Shown here piece by piece: positions 39,887-52,009 of a DNA stretch of 64,000 nucleotides. A program made the translations under genes and the position numbers. The stretch's first letter is position 1. Every line of letters begins with the position of its first letter. Source of the stretch: Lama guanicoe (taxonomy: Eukaryota); the NCBI GenBank assembly GCA_013239625.1, contig MU053652.1, forward strand, positions 3,647,902 to 3,711,901, read 5' to 3'. The notes under the pieces were generated by a model. That model had not been told where the DNA came from and did no database searches. It saw nothing but the letters and a program-made list of their open reading frames with translations.

Positions 39887-40521
39887 AAACATTTTTATTG
39901 CGTTATATTCATTTTACAATGTTGTGTCAAATTCCAGTGTAGAGCACAATTTTTCAGTTATACATGAACATAACCTATATTCATTGTCACATGTTTTTTC
40001 ACTGTGAGCTACCACAAGATCTTGTATATATTTCCCTGTGCTATACAGTATAATCTTGTTTATCTATTCTACATATGCCTATCAATATCTACAAATTTTG
40101 AACTCTCAGTCTGTCCCTTCTCACTTCCCCCACCTTGGCAACCACAAGTTTGTATTCTATGTCTATGAGTCTGTTGCTGTTATGTATTTATTTATTTTTA
40201 TTTTTTTAGATTCCACATATGAGTGATCTCATATGGTATTTTTCTTTCTCTTTCTCGCTTACTTTACTTAGAATGATTCTCCGGAAACATCCATGTTGCT
40301 GCAAACAGCATTATGTTGTCGATTTTTATGGCTGAATAGTATTCCATTGTATAAATATACCACATCTTCTTCATCCAGTCATCTGTTGATGGACATTTAG
40401 GCTGTTTCCATGTCTTGGCTATTGTAAATAGTGCTGCTATGAACACTGGGGTGCAGGTGTCTTTTTGAAGTAGCATTCTTTCTGGATATATGCCCAGGAG
40501 TGGGATTACTGGGTCATATGG
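39887..40521 (-). mobile_element. young 5'-truncated L1 with perfect TSD
   Basis: ORF-track peptide [48 protein letters not shown] (tttatt at 39894-39899). TSD TAATAGACTTACTGTATTTTTT at 39865-39886 and 40522-40543. Confidence 0.95.
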
Positions 40522-40816
40522 TAATAGACTTACTGTATTTTTTTATCAAGAAAACTAGGTAGTGAATGCTGCTCAGTTTCTTCAGCTTTGTAATGTGACT
40601 AACCTCAACGAGAGTTGAAAGCAGACTGGTCTGAACATGTAGAGAGAAAGCCACACAAATTGCTTCTACCTTCTGCACAGATGCCCATTCTTTACCCTAG
40701 TCCCTTACTGCCATGGACACAGCTCAGAGAAGTCACTCTCTTTTATAAATGCGTTATCAGTAAACTGTCTGAATCCTAGGTCCTTGACCTGTTAACAGGC
40801 TTAGCCCTTGGCTTCC

Positions 40817-40836
40817 TTTCTGGAAAATTCCAGAAC
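40817..40836. promoter_or_regulatory. candidate heat-shock element, four perfect alternating nGAAn units
   Basis: tTTCtgGAAaaTTCcaGAAc. Motif match only; function unproven. Confidence 0.5.
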
Positions 40837-42239
40837 TATATAAAAATCATTTCTAAAATCCCGATAGACACGTTTTGCCAAGAGTGTCAGTTATCTCCTG
40901 ACAGTTTGGCATTAACCTTTAAATATTAGGTTGTGTAATCATAAAGCCATTCAGGGAAAATAAGGTGGTGGGTGGCTGGCATTTTAAAAGTGACATGAAC
41001 TTGGGTTCCTGGGAATGTTAATCATTATTCTACTCAAAATGCTGATATTCCTTAATAGTGAAATGCTAAGTAAGTAAAAACAAGTATTTTATGAATAACT
41101 TAGAGGTGAGTAAAATGTGACTTTTATCGGTTTACTTAGCATATTTTTATCTGAACAATATCTAAAGGATATTTTATATTTCCAAGCTTTGAAAGAAAGT
41201 AATGAAGGAACCTTCTTGTGAGTTCCCGCCAGTCTACTAGCCTGACCAGCACATCTCAGAAATAGATCATTATTTTTGTCACTGTATCCTGCCTTCTCAT
41301 TTGCCTTCCTTGCCCTTGACTTTGCAGCAGAGAGGAGAAAGAAACTCATAGCCTCTACCATAAATACACATGGTAACAGCAGTCAAGTAATTTTATATTT
41401 TTTGTGGGCAAGTCATTCATTCGTGATGATGGAATGGCTTATTTTTAATGCACTGTTTTTCTTTCAACTAAACTTAAATTCCTTTTTTCCATCTGATTTA
41501 GTGTCTGGACCATTCCAGGGCATAAATATAGCACAGCTTCTTCATTTTACCAACTTGGTAGAAGTTTTAAAGGTTTCATTCAGTTTACTTCTAGCTTTTC
41601 GTATGAAATGGCCTATAAGAACTCTTTAATTTACAGTATAATGTGTAATTAATGACAGACCCAGTGTATCTGCATGTAGGTTGTACCAGGCGTCATGGGA
41701 AAGAGGAGGTTTGGAACATTAATTTCTAATCTCATTTTAACATGACTGTTTCGAAAGGAGACTCTTCTTTGGAAAGTAGGTAAAATAGCATGGACTAAAT
41801 CCCAAACATCACAAGATGGAAGCAACGTAGATTTATTGCACCCACATAAAGGTTAGAAAAGATATCTTCAGTTTTCTGGAAGGGACATTCATGTGCATAA
41901 CTTATAATTTTAAGTGATTAATTAAGAGTAATTGCTGTAGATGAGTGTCATTCATAGCAAATTAGTCTGTTTGATGGGGAATCCTACTTCTACAGATTTT
42001 TGTATTGCAAAATTAGTTTATGACTTCCTGTGTTAAACTCATTCAATCCTCTCCCTTTCTCAATTATTTATTTTCCTTGCAAATTTATTTAGTTTTGTTT
42101 AATGTCTGGGATATCTTTATCTGTAGTAATACAGTATATTCATTTCACTACTTCTGGATACCCCAAGGTGAGTAGAAACATAAGTCAGAGGAACAGCTGG
42201 GTGGGGAGAAGACCTTAGAAAACGTTAATAAATGCTAGT

Positions 42240-43370
42240 AGCAGCCTATTGTATAATGGCTTATAATTCATTTAACCAGTTTCCTATTGATAAATATTTA
42301 GATTATATCCATTTTTATTTAAAATGTTTATTTAATTTTTATATTAAAAAGCATAAACATATTTCTACATACCAGGTACACAGTCTTATTTTTAGTAAAC
42401 TTTTTAAAAATAGTAACATATATACAAAAAAATGCACAAATCATTTTTGTAGCTCAGTGATAAATAGAACAGTAAATAGCACCCTAGAAACCCCCCTCAA
42501 ACCCTATTCCAATTCACAGGTGGTAATTACTATCCTAATTTCTATCACCATAGATTTATTCACTTAGCCTGTTTGAAATGTGTGTAAATGGAATCATGTT
42601 GTGTGTGCTCTTTGGTATCTGGTTTCTTTCACTGACTAAAATATCTGTGAGACCTATCCATGTACATGTAGCAATTCATTTTTTATTGCTGTGTAATATT
42701 CTGTTGGGTGACCTTACTATGATTTATCCTTTTTATTGTTGATGAACCTTTGGGTTGTAAATTAATTTTTGAATATTACGAATAGCGCTGTTTGTGCTGT
42801 TCTTAAACATGTGTTTTGGTGAACATAGCCATCCGTATCTCCCGGGAGTAGTGCTGATGGGCACAGAACATACATGTGTGCAGCTTTACCACACCAGTAG
42901 TTTCCAAAGTGGTTGAAACCAAATCACAGTCCCACCAGCAGTGTCTGTTTTTTGTTTGTCTGTTTTTTTAAATAACTTCAAGAAGTGAAATTTGAGTAAA
43001 AGAGCAAATTCATTTTGAGTTTTTGAATACAGTGCTTAATTTGTCCTAAGGAATACTAATTTACACTCCACTGAATACTGAGTTTTATCTATCTCTTTCA
43101 TCTTTATCAATTAATAGTGGAAAACATCTCAGTTTTAAACTACTTTAATGAATTTATAGCTTAATTTTGCTCATTTCAGTTTTCTTAATTTCAGTGTTCT
43201 GACCTTTTCTTCCTAGTTTGTCCTTTTTTCTAACTTCTTTTTTTCCTATTTTTTTTTAACAATATAGAAATTTTAAATGTCTGTCTGTGTGCTTACATCT
43301 GCTAATGTGTCCCTCTGTGGTTTCTGGCTTTGGTGTCATTCACGAGAAAGCCTTCTTATCTACTTGTTTT
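42240..43370 (-). mobile_element. old L1M/L1ME fragments
   Basis: tttaaccagtttcctattgat, aaatggaatcat, tttccaaagtggttg and cccaccagcagtg are antisense L1 motifs. Confidence 0.65.
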
Positions 43371-44599
43371 CTTTGAGAACTTAATTGTATTTAATTTTGC
43401 TTATTGTAACTATGTTTAGCTTCTTTTTCTTTCACTAATACAAAGGAAGTTTTTTGGTTGTTTTTGTTTTAAAATAATTTAAACTTGTACCTTTAATTTA
43501 TTACATTAGTGTTAGCTTTGGAATATTTTGCAGGGGGACGTCAGAGGGTGACTGGTCAGGAAGAATTTAGTACACCAGAGCATACATGCATGCGTCACTT
43601 GGCCATAAGAAATAAAGCCAGTTTTCCAAGGTGGATACTATTTGAATCCTTTCAATGAACATGTTATTAAAGTAGTTAGTTTTCATTTAGAAAAGAATGA
43701 GCTCAAATAGACTAAATGATCTTAACACTCTGGTGGATACTGCTCATGGCTCTTGAGCAAGAACTTTGCCAAAAATACACGTGGCCTCTGTCTGCTCTGT
43801 GGCCTACAGGACAGAGGATTGGAGAGCCAAATACTTAATTTTGAGCCTTTTTTAAAAAAATACTTTATTTAAGAGATCATTTAAATTTTTCTTTGGCTTT
43901 TTTCTCTTTTGTATAATAGTACATATAATTTAATTTACACTACTGTGGGGGAAAAATGAGACCAGTCTATTGTATTTGGTTGTTGTTTTTATTAAATGTT
44001 ACAGTGGGATTTGAAATCTCCCCAAAGCCCCCACCACCTAAAATTTCTATCAGTGGAGTCATTATTGGGTTAGACTACAAAGGAAAGACATAAAACAGAT
44101 GGTAAGCCAGCAGCTTTCTCTTCTAGATGTGGTTTGGTTTGGTTTGGTTTCTATAATTGAATGTTAGTACTTTAAAGGGTTGGGTCTCAGGACAGGTATG
44201 TTTTTGAGGAAGAGAGAACAGAAGTGTTACTGCTCTATGATTACAGCCCCAGAGCACGTAAGAATCTAGACATCAGTCTAGGAGGGTAGAGGTTTGGGAG
44301 GGAGGAAAAGAGTAGTTGAAAATAAATACTATAAACAATATTTTAAAAAAATTTTTTTTTTTTTTTTGCTGAACTTTTGCATTTGGCAGTACTACTTAGA
44401 GTAAGGTTGTATCACTAGTTATTTTGTATTTCTAAGCCAGGGAGAAAACTATGGGAACTTCCTTAACAAATCTATAATTTTAGGAGCCCAGCATTTCATT
44501 GATTTCCTGAGTGCTTAAATTTGACTAAAGGGAATGTGGATTTACTTTAAGGGATCATTGGGGTTAGGTTGACGGGGAGAGTACAGAGGGGGAAAAAAC

Positions 44600-44840
44600 T
44601 AAAATTAAGTGCCTATTTTTCATTTATGTATGTACAGAATGCAGTCTTCACATGTTTTACATAATTAACCTGTTTAATCCTCACAGAAATTTATAAACTA
44701 GTGTTTTCCTGATTTGCGAAGGAGAACAAAGGCCCAGGGAGTAAGTTTACATTATTTCATCTAGGCTCAAACCCAGTAAAGGGCAGTTCTGGGTTTTGAA
44801 TACGAGTCTCTCAACTAAAGCTCTTTCATATTCTTTGCAC
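44600..44840 (-). mobile_element. MIR (degenerate)
   Basis: attaagtgcctat...tttaatcctcaca...aggcccaggga. Confidence 0.5.
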
Positions 44841-45007
44841 GAGAGTATATATTGCCTTCTAAATTACCAGAATTATTATGCATATTTTATATTTTATTGG
44901 TTTCATATAAAATGTTGGTGACACTTTAAATGGCATGTCTTGGGGATGCCAGCTTTAGTTCTTCTGGGTATATAAAGCCTGTGTAATTTCCTTTACCTCC
45001 ATCTTAG

Positions 45008-45084
45008 CATTGAGAGTAAGCATGAGGTTACGATCCTGGGAGGACTCAATGAATTTGTAGTGAAATTTTATGGACCACAAGGAA
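45008..45084 (+). CDS. UBE2H: UBE2H internal coding exon (exon 2), 77 nt, phase 2 to phase 1
   Basis: Acceptor tttacctccatcttAG (45006-45007) and donor GTAAGT at 45085. Translates (L)[25 protein letters not shown](T), matching the recalled UBE2H N-terminal sequence. Confidence 0.97.
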
Positions 45085-45678
45085 GTAAGTATATGTGTTG
45101 GTATGTGTTTTTCTATTACAGTCTTTTACTCTGCTCCTTAATAGGCAATGAGAATATCAAAGCAGATGGTGATATGTGTAGTTTTTGAAAAATAAATTTA
45201 ATTAACTCTAGAACCAGTGAGGGAATCTTGCTCTCATCATAATTACCTTACATGTTTTTCTCTTTTATCTCTGTGTGACAATATTAAACATGAATTGTAA
45301 ATTCTAGGTTTTGTTATGGATGGTTTTAGGGAAATGTTTTTTGTTGTTATTTTGGCAGGGTATGGAATAGATTGAGATAGTAGGCTATTACTTACCAAAT
45401 AAGTTAATAGTGTTTAATCTTTTAAGGAATCACACAATACTTTTATAAAGAATCATGTAAATTTGGGGGAGAAAATGAATCTTTGCAAACTCTAGATTTT
45501 TTAAAGAAAAGTTTTGTGATTGAACATAGAGTACCTACTAGTTACAAGAATTCCTGACTCTTGAAGGAATTAATTTGCAGGGTTCTCAAAAGAGATTAGA
45601 GTTTTAGCGTAACACTCAGATTCATTTTCTAATTTGAAGACATAGTTTTAATGTTCAACATTTTTACTTTTATTTCAG

Positions 45679-45753
45679 CACCATATGAAGGTGGAGTTTG
45701 GAAAGTTAGAGTGGATCTTCCTGATAAATACCCTTTCAAATCTCCATCTATAG
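45679..45753 (+). CDS. UBE2H: UBE2H coding exon 3, 75 nt, phase 1 to phase 1
   Basis: Acceptor tttttacttttatttcAG and donor GTATGT at 45754. Translates (T)[24 protein letters not shown](G), a UBC-fold signature, in frame with the previous exon. Confidence 0.98.
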   Translation, partial: HHMKVEFGKLEWIFLINTLSNLHL

Positions 45754-46918
45754 GTATGTAACTGCCCAGTTCTCTCCTTAAAGAATTTTGAAATCAGAGA
45801 GAAAAAGAAAAAAACACATATGTTTTATGGGAGATAATTAATTGCAGAAATATTTAGTTACTTAACCGAATTTTTCCTTTTTTTCCTTTAATTAGTAACT
45901 TTGGGCGGGGGGACTTCCATAGTGTGATAGAAGATGTTTAAATCTCCCCTTTGCATGATTGTAATAACTACAACTCTATAGATTTTTCTGTCTTTCAGAG
46001 TCAGATTAAACAGTTTTAAGACCCACTGTCCATTCAGGCTATTAGTGAAATAATAAACATCTTAACTCTCATTTTAAATGCCAGATAGTTGGAATTAATA
46101 TTATATAGTGTCTATTCTAATTCTTTCATTTAAAAATCCTCTATCATGCTTTGCTTTTTTATTCACTCCATCTCTGGGTACCCCTTTTCATCCTCTTCAC
46201 TTCCGTCTTTTTAGCCTTCTAAACAGTTAAAGAAGGTAGAGTAGAAACCTCAGTGAGATTGTTTAAAGGGTCCTTTTTCCTCACCTTCATCTTCCTTCTG
46301 CCCTAATTGGTGATATTGACCTGTCACCCCCATTAAGGCTTTTAGCGACAATTTAGGTATTTTAGCAGATGCTACAGAGGTATATTTGGTTGAAGGTTGA
46401 TACCTTTGTGGAATGGTAGTAACTTAGCTAACTTAAATCAACTTCTAAAAGTTTCATTCTGTAGATGATTTTAAAATATTATAAAATACTGACCAATTTT
46501 AAGAAGGAAGAAGAAAATAAAATGAATATTTTATGAGTGTTCTCTGCCGCACTGAACCTCATGTTCAGAATTGTCAAGAGTTCAGACATCTTGCTACTGC
46601 TGTGGGCTTGCCTTCAGAACTAATGCCAGAACTCTTGGAGTTTAGACTACCCCCTACCCACCCAAAAAAGGTTTGTTTTTTTTTTAAAAGAAGTGGATTA
46701 AAGACATTCTTAGCTTTATGTTTTGATTCTAGGCCTTCACATTTCTGTCTAGGATAAATAATGTGGAAAAGTTAGAACAGACTGATTTCCAATCAGATGC
46801 CCCAGCCTGTCTGCCTGACATCTATATATGTTTGAGAGTTTTATGCTATAAAAATATTACAGAGCATCTATAATTCCTTCTTAGGCTGGGAACTCTTAGT
46901 GCTCATTTTAAGAGTAGA

Positions 46919-46973
46919 CACAACATTGTAAACTGACTATAACTCAGTTAAAAAAAAATGGGAAAAAAAAAAA
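46919..46973 (+). mobile_element. about 30-bp L1 3' terminus with A tail (sense)
   Basis: cacaacattgtaaactgactataactcagtt followed by an A-rich tail, preceded by a tttt/aaga endonuclease-like site. Confidence 0.65.
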
Positions 46974-49599
46974 GAATGAACTAGGAATTTCCTCTTAAGT
47001 TCCCTTAGGTGAGTTTTCTAAACTCAGTAATTGAGAAGATACTTTATAGATAACTGAATTGAAGATCTCCCCATTGCTACAAGAATCTCCAAGTTTTAGA
47101 ATTATCAAATGGTGATACAGGAAGAGTGCTGTGAGGTGCTGAGTCTTTGAGACAATCCCTGAGTGTATCTGACTTAATACCTTAGTACAGTTGGCACAGC
47201 AGCCCTTTCTCAGTTCCATTCCAGTGTGGTGGAATGTAGGTTCCACTCAGTTTGTGAAGGCTTTTGTGTCATGTCGTGGTTCCCTGTCCCCTGTTTATCT
47301 TTTAACTTTAGGGTGTTTCTTTATGTACAGGCATTTTAAACTTGTGTGTAGTTGAGTGGTACGATCTTTAAACCTTTACAAACAGAATGTCCAAACCATA
47401 TAAATTCATTCAATAATATTTCATAAATACCTATTTACTTAGACTAAAAATTGGCTTGCTAGCTCTAGTTTTGTTACCCTTGATTCTTGGTCAGAAAGGA
47501 AATAGAGCCTGTTGAAATTAACAGTGAACCTGTGGACATGCAATTACTATCCTGTAGAAATGTAGTTATTTCTCAAATCTTGTCTTAACATATATTTCCA
47601 GGTAATACAATTTTACTTTGACTGTTATGATGAAACAAATATCTAAATTTCAGACATTGTTTATTAACTAATGACGTAACTGAAACCTATGTACTTTCTT
47701 CAATTAATGATGTAATATGAACTTGGTTAGGACAAATGACTAGGCTCATTTAACTTCTTCATAATTTCTCCTTTGCCTTTTTGTACTTTAGAACTTGGCA
47801 ATACCTGCAAGTGTGTACTATCTTCTCTTAGGGAAGTAGATCTAGTTGAAATATTTGTACAAGCTGTCCTTGTTTCCTCCAAAGGAAGATTGCATAAGAG
47901 AGTTCTATCGGTTGTGTGGGGTGACCCATTTTCAGGTCATCAACAATGTAATTACTGTTGAAATGTGCTTTAAACATTTCGAGAGGTAGTAGCTCACTTA
48001 GAATAGGCAAGGATTCCTTTTTGAATTGTATAGGTAGTTGCAGAATTGTATGGAAGGCCAAGGAGATAAGATAAAGCCAACCTCTTCTTTTTAAACCCTG
48101 CCTCTATAGTATCTAGGCAGGCATACCCTTCTTTCTTAAGTATTAAGATGTGTGGATTTAGATTAAGCATCTTAATACTTACGTCTTGGAATTTTAAAAC
48201 ATATATATACTTTTCTGTTTAATATTAATATATTTTTTAAATGTATAAATGCTCCATATCCGTAGTAGGAATGTAAGGAAGTCCAGGTGAGTGAAAATAA
48301 AGAAAAATTAAAATGTTTCATAAGCCTATCCCTCAGTGGATATCATTTACATAAAGTTTATGAAAATGTACTTTAAAACATTTTTCTATGTATATTTAAG
48401 TATATATTCAATACAATTTGACATGGTCATCTTTAGGATGTACTCCAGATAGTTTCAGAGAGTTTTCAGTAGTTACATGACTGCTTGAAGTTTAACTTAA
48501 AATGCTTTTTTAAAAACAATTTACATCTTTAAATAAGTATTTTTTTCTCCCCAAAATAGTAATAAAGCTACCTCAGCTCCTCTTTGAAAAGAGAGAAGGA
48601 ATATAAACAGACTCTCAGGAAAGTTATGAACTTACTCTTAAAATGCTGTCATTGTTCCAAACATCTTAAGCTCATCTTTTGAGATTTTTACATTCTCTTT
48701 GTATATCATGAGTGATGGCAAATCTTGATGCTTTAAAGCTGGATATAAATTTCTGAAATGGTTTAATCATTTAATTATAGAGAATAAGATGAATTGAAAA
48801 ACCAAGTAACACCAATTGGAGTGTAATATTTGAATCTTTAAGTTCTAATTTATTTGGAAGTTCAGAGTTTTATATTTTTCATTCAGAAACATTTCTCGAA
48901 TGCTCGCACTGCTGCTGGGTGTGTCACCAGCTTTGTAGGTAGGAGAGTGTGATTGGTCAGTGGACTGGGTATCAGGAAAGAGTGGTTCTGGCCTCAGTTC
49001 TCCTTGGCTATTAGAATGATACATATCTGAACTGTTGTTTCCTCTTCTAGAAATTGAGATACTGGAATTAAATGAACTCTGCATGTTTGATATTGACCTG
49101 TGTATTAAATACTCAGGATATATAATTAGGAAGGATGTGCAGTGCCTTCACTAGTTAGGAGAAAAAGTCATATATAAAATACTGCATTTGCTTTAAAAGT
49201 GACAGCTTTTCATGGCCTTTGGTGGAGGGGTGGGTAGTGGTGTGAGTCAGCACCTCAATTGAGGAAGAGAGAGTATATAGAGGAGACAGGCTTTTACAAG
49301 AAAGATTGTGTTTCGTGTATTCAGAGTAATCTTTACAAAGATTCCAAGATGTGATGGTGCGCATGGGACTTTAGAAATACTCTTTCAGAACCTTGAGTGA
49401 TGCCCAGCCCGTGAAGTGTTGTTCTGTGCAAAGAAGTGGCTACAGAGACTACCTATTCCATGCCTCAGAATCGCAATTTTCAGCCACTTACACGTGTGTT
49501 CATCTCCTAAGAAAAAGCTTTTACCCATCAAAGGAAACAGACCTGCAGTTGCTGTTCAGGGGAAATAAAGATGAGCGATTTCATACATAAATAGGGTTA

Positions 49600-50165
49600 T
49601 GTAGAGCAATCTTTTATAAAAATTAAAAATAGCCAATAAGCATAGGATACGAAATGGTTTTATGTCTGATCCAAAGAATGCAAAATAAAAACTGAGGGAC
49701 TGTATGACTTATCAAATTGACAGGTTAAATATTGTTAGCAAAGGTATTATGATATGGCTAACCTATGAGTGACTTTACTTAAATTAAGGGAGTATTCAAA
49801 GATGTGCACTAAGGTTAAATTGCAGTGTTATTTTTAAAACTTAAAACTTGGAAGCAACCTAAATGACCCAGTTGATAATAAAGTAGTTAAATTATGGTAC
49901 ATTTTAATGGACAGAATGTTTCACAGCCGTTACTCATGTTTTAACACCAGCTTTAAAGGAACACACAGGAAAATGTCTAACATTATACAGTATATTTAAA
50001 TACTATAATAAATAATATCTATAATAGTGTTTTTTCCATGCAGATTCCAAGTATGAATGCCAAATTTTGGACATAATTATCCATGGCTGTTAAGGGAATT
50101 AAAGATATTTTTTCTGTAGCTTCCAAATATTCTACAATAAGTTCCCTTTTTTTATAAAAGTAAAT
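49600..50165 (+). mobile_element. old L1ME-type fragment (sense)
   Basis: ttggaagcaacctaaatgaccc...gttaaattatggtacat. Confidence 0.55.
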
Positions 50166-51984
50166 ATTTAAAAACATATGGCAAGTGTGTATCTTTTGAA
50201 TGTGCTGTTTGCATCTTTGTCTGAGTCTCAGCTTTTCCTATCTTTTGTTCTAGAAAGCCACCAGGCTATCCCTGACCAGAATTCTCACCTGGTAACTTGC
50301 TAAGACCCCATGCTGGCCCCCATGTTTTCCACTACCCTCCTTTATTTTTTCCTTTCAGTTTTAATTATATGTGCATGTAAGTGTACATACTGTTTCCTTT
50401 GTCTCTCTGCTTACAGTTTAGTTTACTCCTTCGTGGCTATTGTCTTTACACCTTTACATATAGCTATTCTCCACTCCTTTTCTTCCTTCCCCTTTTCCCT
50501 TCTGGGCTGTTAGCTCAAGCATTTCTTAACTGCGTCTTTTTTCAGTCTGATTCTCCACTTGTATTCCCCTTCTCTCCTTTTTTCTCTTCATGTGAACCAA
50601 AAAGACCCCTGTTCATAGATAATAATAACAGCAATACTTTTGATAAATCTAAACTGGGGGGGCAGGGGGAATTACATCTTCTAGTAAGGTACAGACCTAA
50701 AATACTAGATTTCAGGCTTTCAGCCTCTAAAGGTCTTGAAAGTACCTTGAAGTCTCTAGCACTCCAGAGAAAATTTAAAAGTTGTTGCTTAATCTTATTT
50801 TTAAGTGATTACTGGCTAGTATATTAATAGACATGAATTCTACTAATGTCAGATAGAACTATAGTGTATTTTAGAATCTTTTGTAAATAGCCTTAATACC
50901 AACCTGGGAACTCTCTCACCATTTATACTTTTTTTAAAATAGACAAAACTGTTGTAAGAACCAGCTGACAAGTCTAGAAACCAACTTTTGAAATACTACC
51001 TCTGTATATCTCAATGTTAAGTGAGGAGGACCCTCACTCTCCCAGGAGCAAGCTATATGCAATGTGTCTGGATTGCAATTTGATGATACCAAAACTGAGT
51101 TGTGTAAGAGGGATGGTTGGTTGAGAACAAGATTCTGGACAGACCACTCAATGGTTTGTTGATAGAATGGCCAGGAAAAAAAACTAAACTCATTATGCAG
51201 TGGAATTTTGGCCAAGCACTAGCCAAACCCATTGGAGTAAACAGAGAGAAAATGAAAGAGTCACGGACAATAACAAAAGTTAGAATGCTATATTGAGCTT
51301 TACCAACAGTCTGACCTAATTGTAAAGGCTATCATCTGAATAGGATGGTTTTGGGTCATTCTATTCTAAAGGAAACTAGACTAGATAACCTGTCAGAGTT
51401 CTTTCTAAATTTCTCAATCTGCCATTGGTTCTTAATTAAAAGATATTCTGATAATCAGTATACCATATTCTTTTTACTTATGCTAGCGATTAAGGGAAGT
51501 GATTTAACCTTTTTCATTGATGAAATAGCAGACTCTTCTGGCATTATGCATTTTTTATTTCACTATGACCAGAAATAACTTCACAATATTTTGGAAGGGA
51601 GTTTTATAATATGGTATGACTAAACTAACTATAGGGCTTAGAATATTTACCATTTTATTTTGTGTCTTCCTAGATGGAAACATTGTACGATTACTCCCTC
51701 AGGAACTAGTGTGAGTAACTTAAGTGAGCAGTGTTTAGTCAGGGGTGGACCAGGATTTCCAGTAGAGAGGAGTGTGTCATTCATGAGAGATTTTGGATTA
51801 GTCATTTAACAAAGACCTACTTGAACTACTGAATTTCCACAAATAGCATGAATTCTTAGACTGAGGAAGCAAAATTCCATTAAGATCACTGATACACTTC
51901 TCTACTTTCATGACCTTGGGTTTAAATTTAGATTCTGTTTCAAACAGTTAAGTAATTGTTACTGTGTAGTGATCTATATCTTTT

Positions 51985-52009
51985 GTATATGTGCTGCCGA
52001 AGCAAGCAC
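51985..52009 (-). pseudogene. U6 snRNA 5' fragment (nt 1-25), retroposed
   Basis: Minus strand GTGCTTGCTTCGGCAGCACATATAC versus U6 GTGCTCGCTTCGGCAGCACATATAC (24/25). TSD TAT[A/G]TCTTTTG at 51975-51985 and 52012-52022. Confidence 0.9.

Larger units (their letters stand above)
1..45007 (+). other. UBE2H: 3' part of UBE2H intron 1 (exon 1 and promoter upstream of the window)
   Basis: I found no sequence encoding the N-terminal MSSPSPGKRRMDTDVVKL and no CpG island. The first recognisable exon starts at 45008. Confidence 0.9.

Noticed and set aside
42127..42167. 41-nt pseudo-exon ending in AAG|GTGAGT
   Set aside because: Strong donor but mediocre acceptor, frameshifting and adjacent to L1 debris; nothing distinguishes it from background pseudo-exons.
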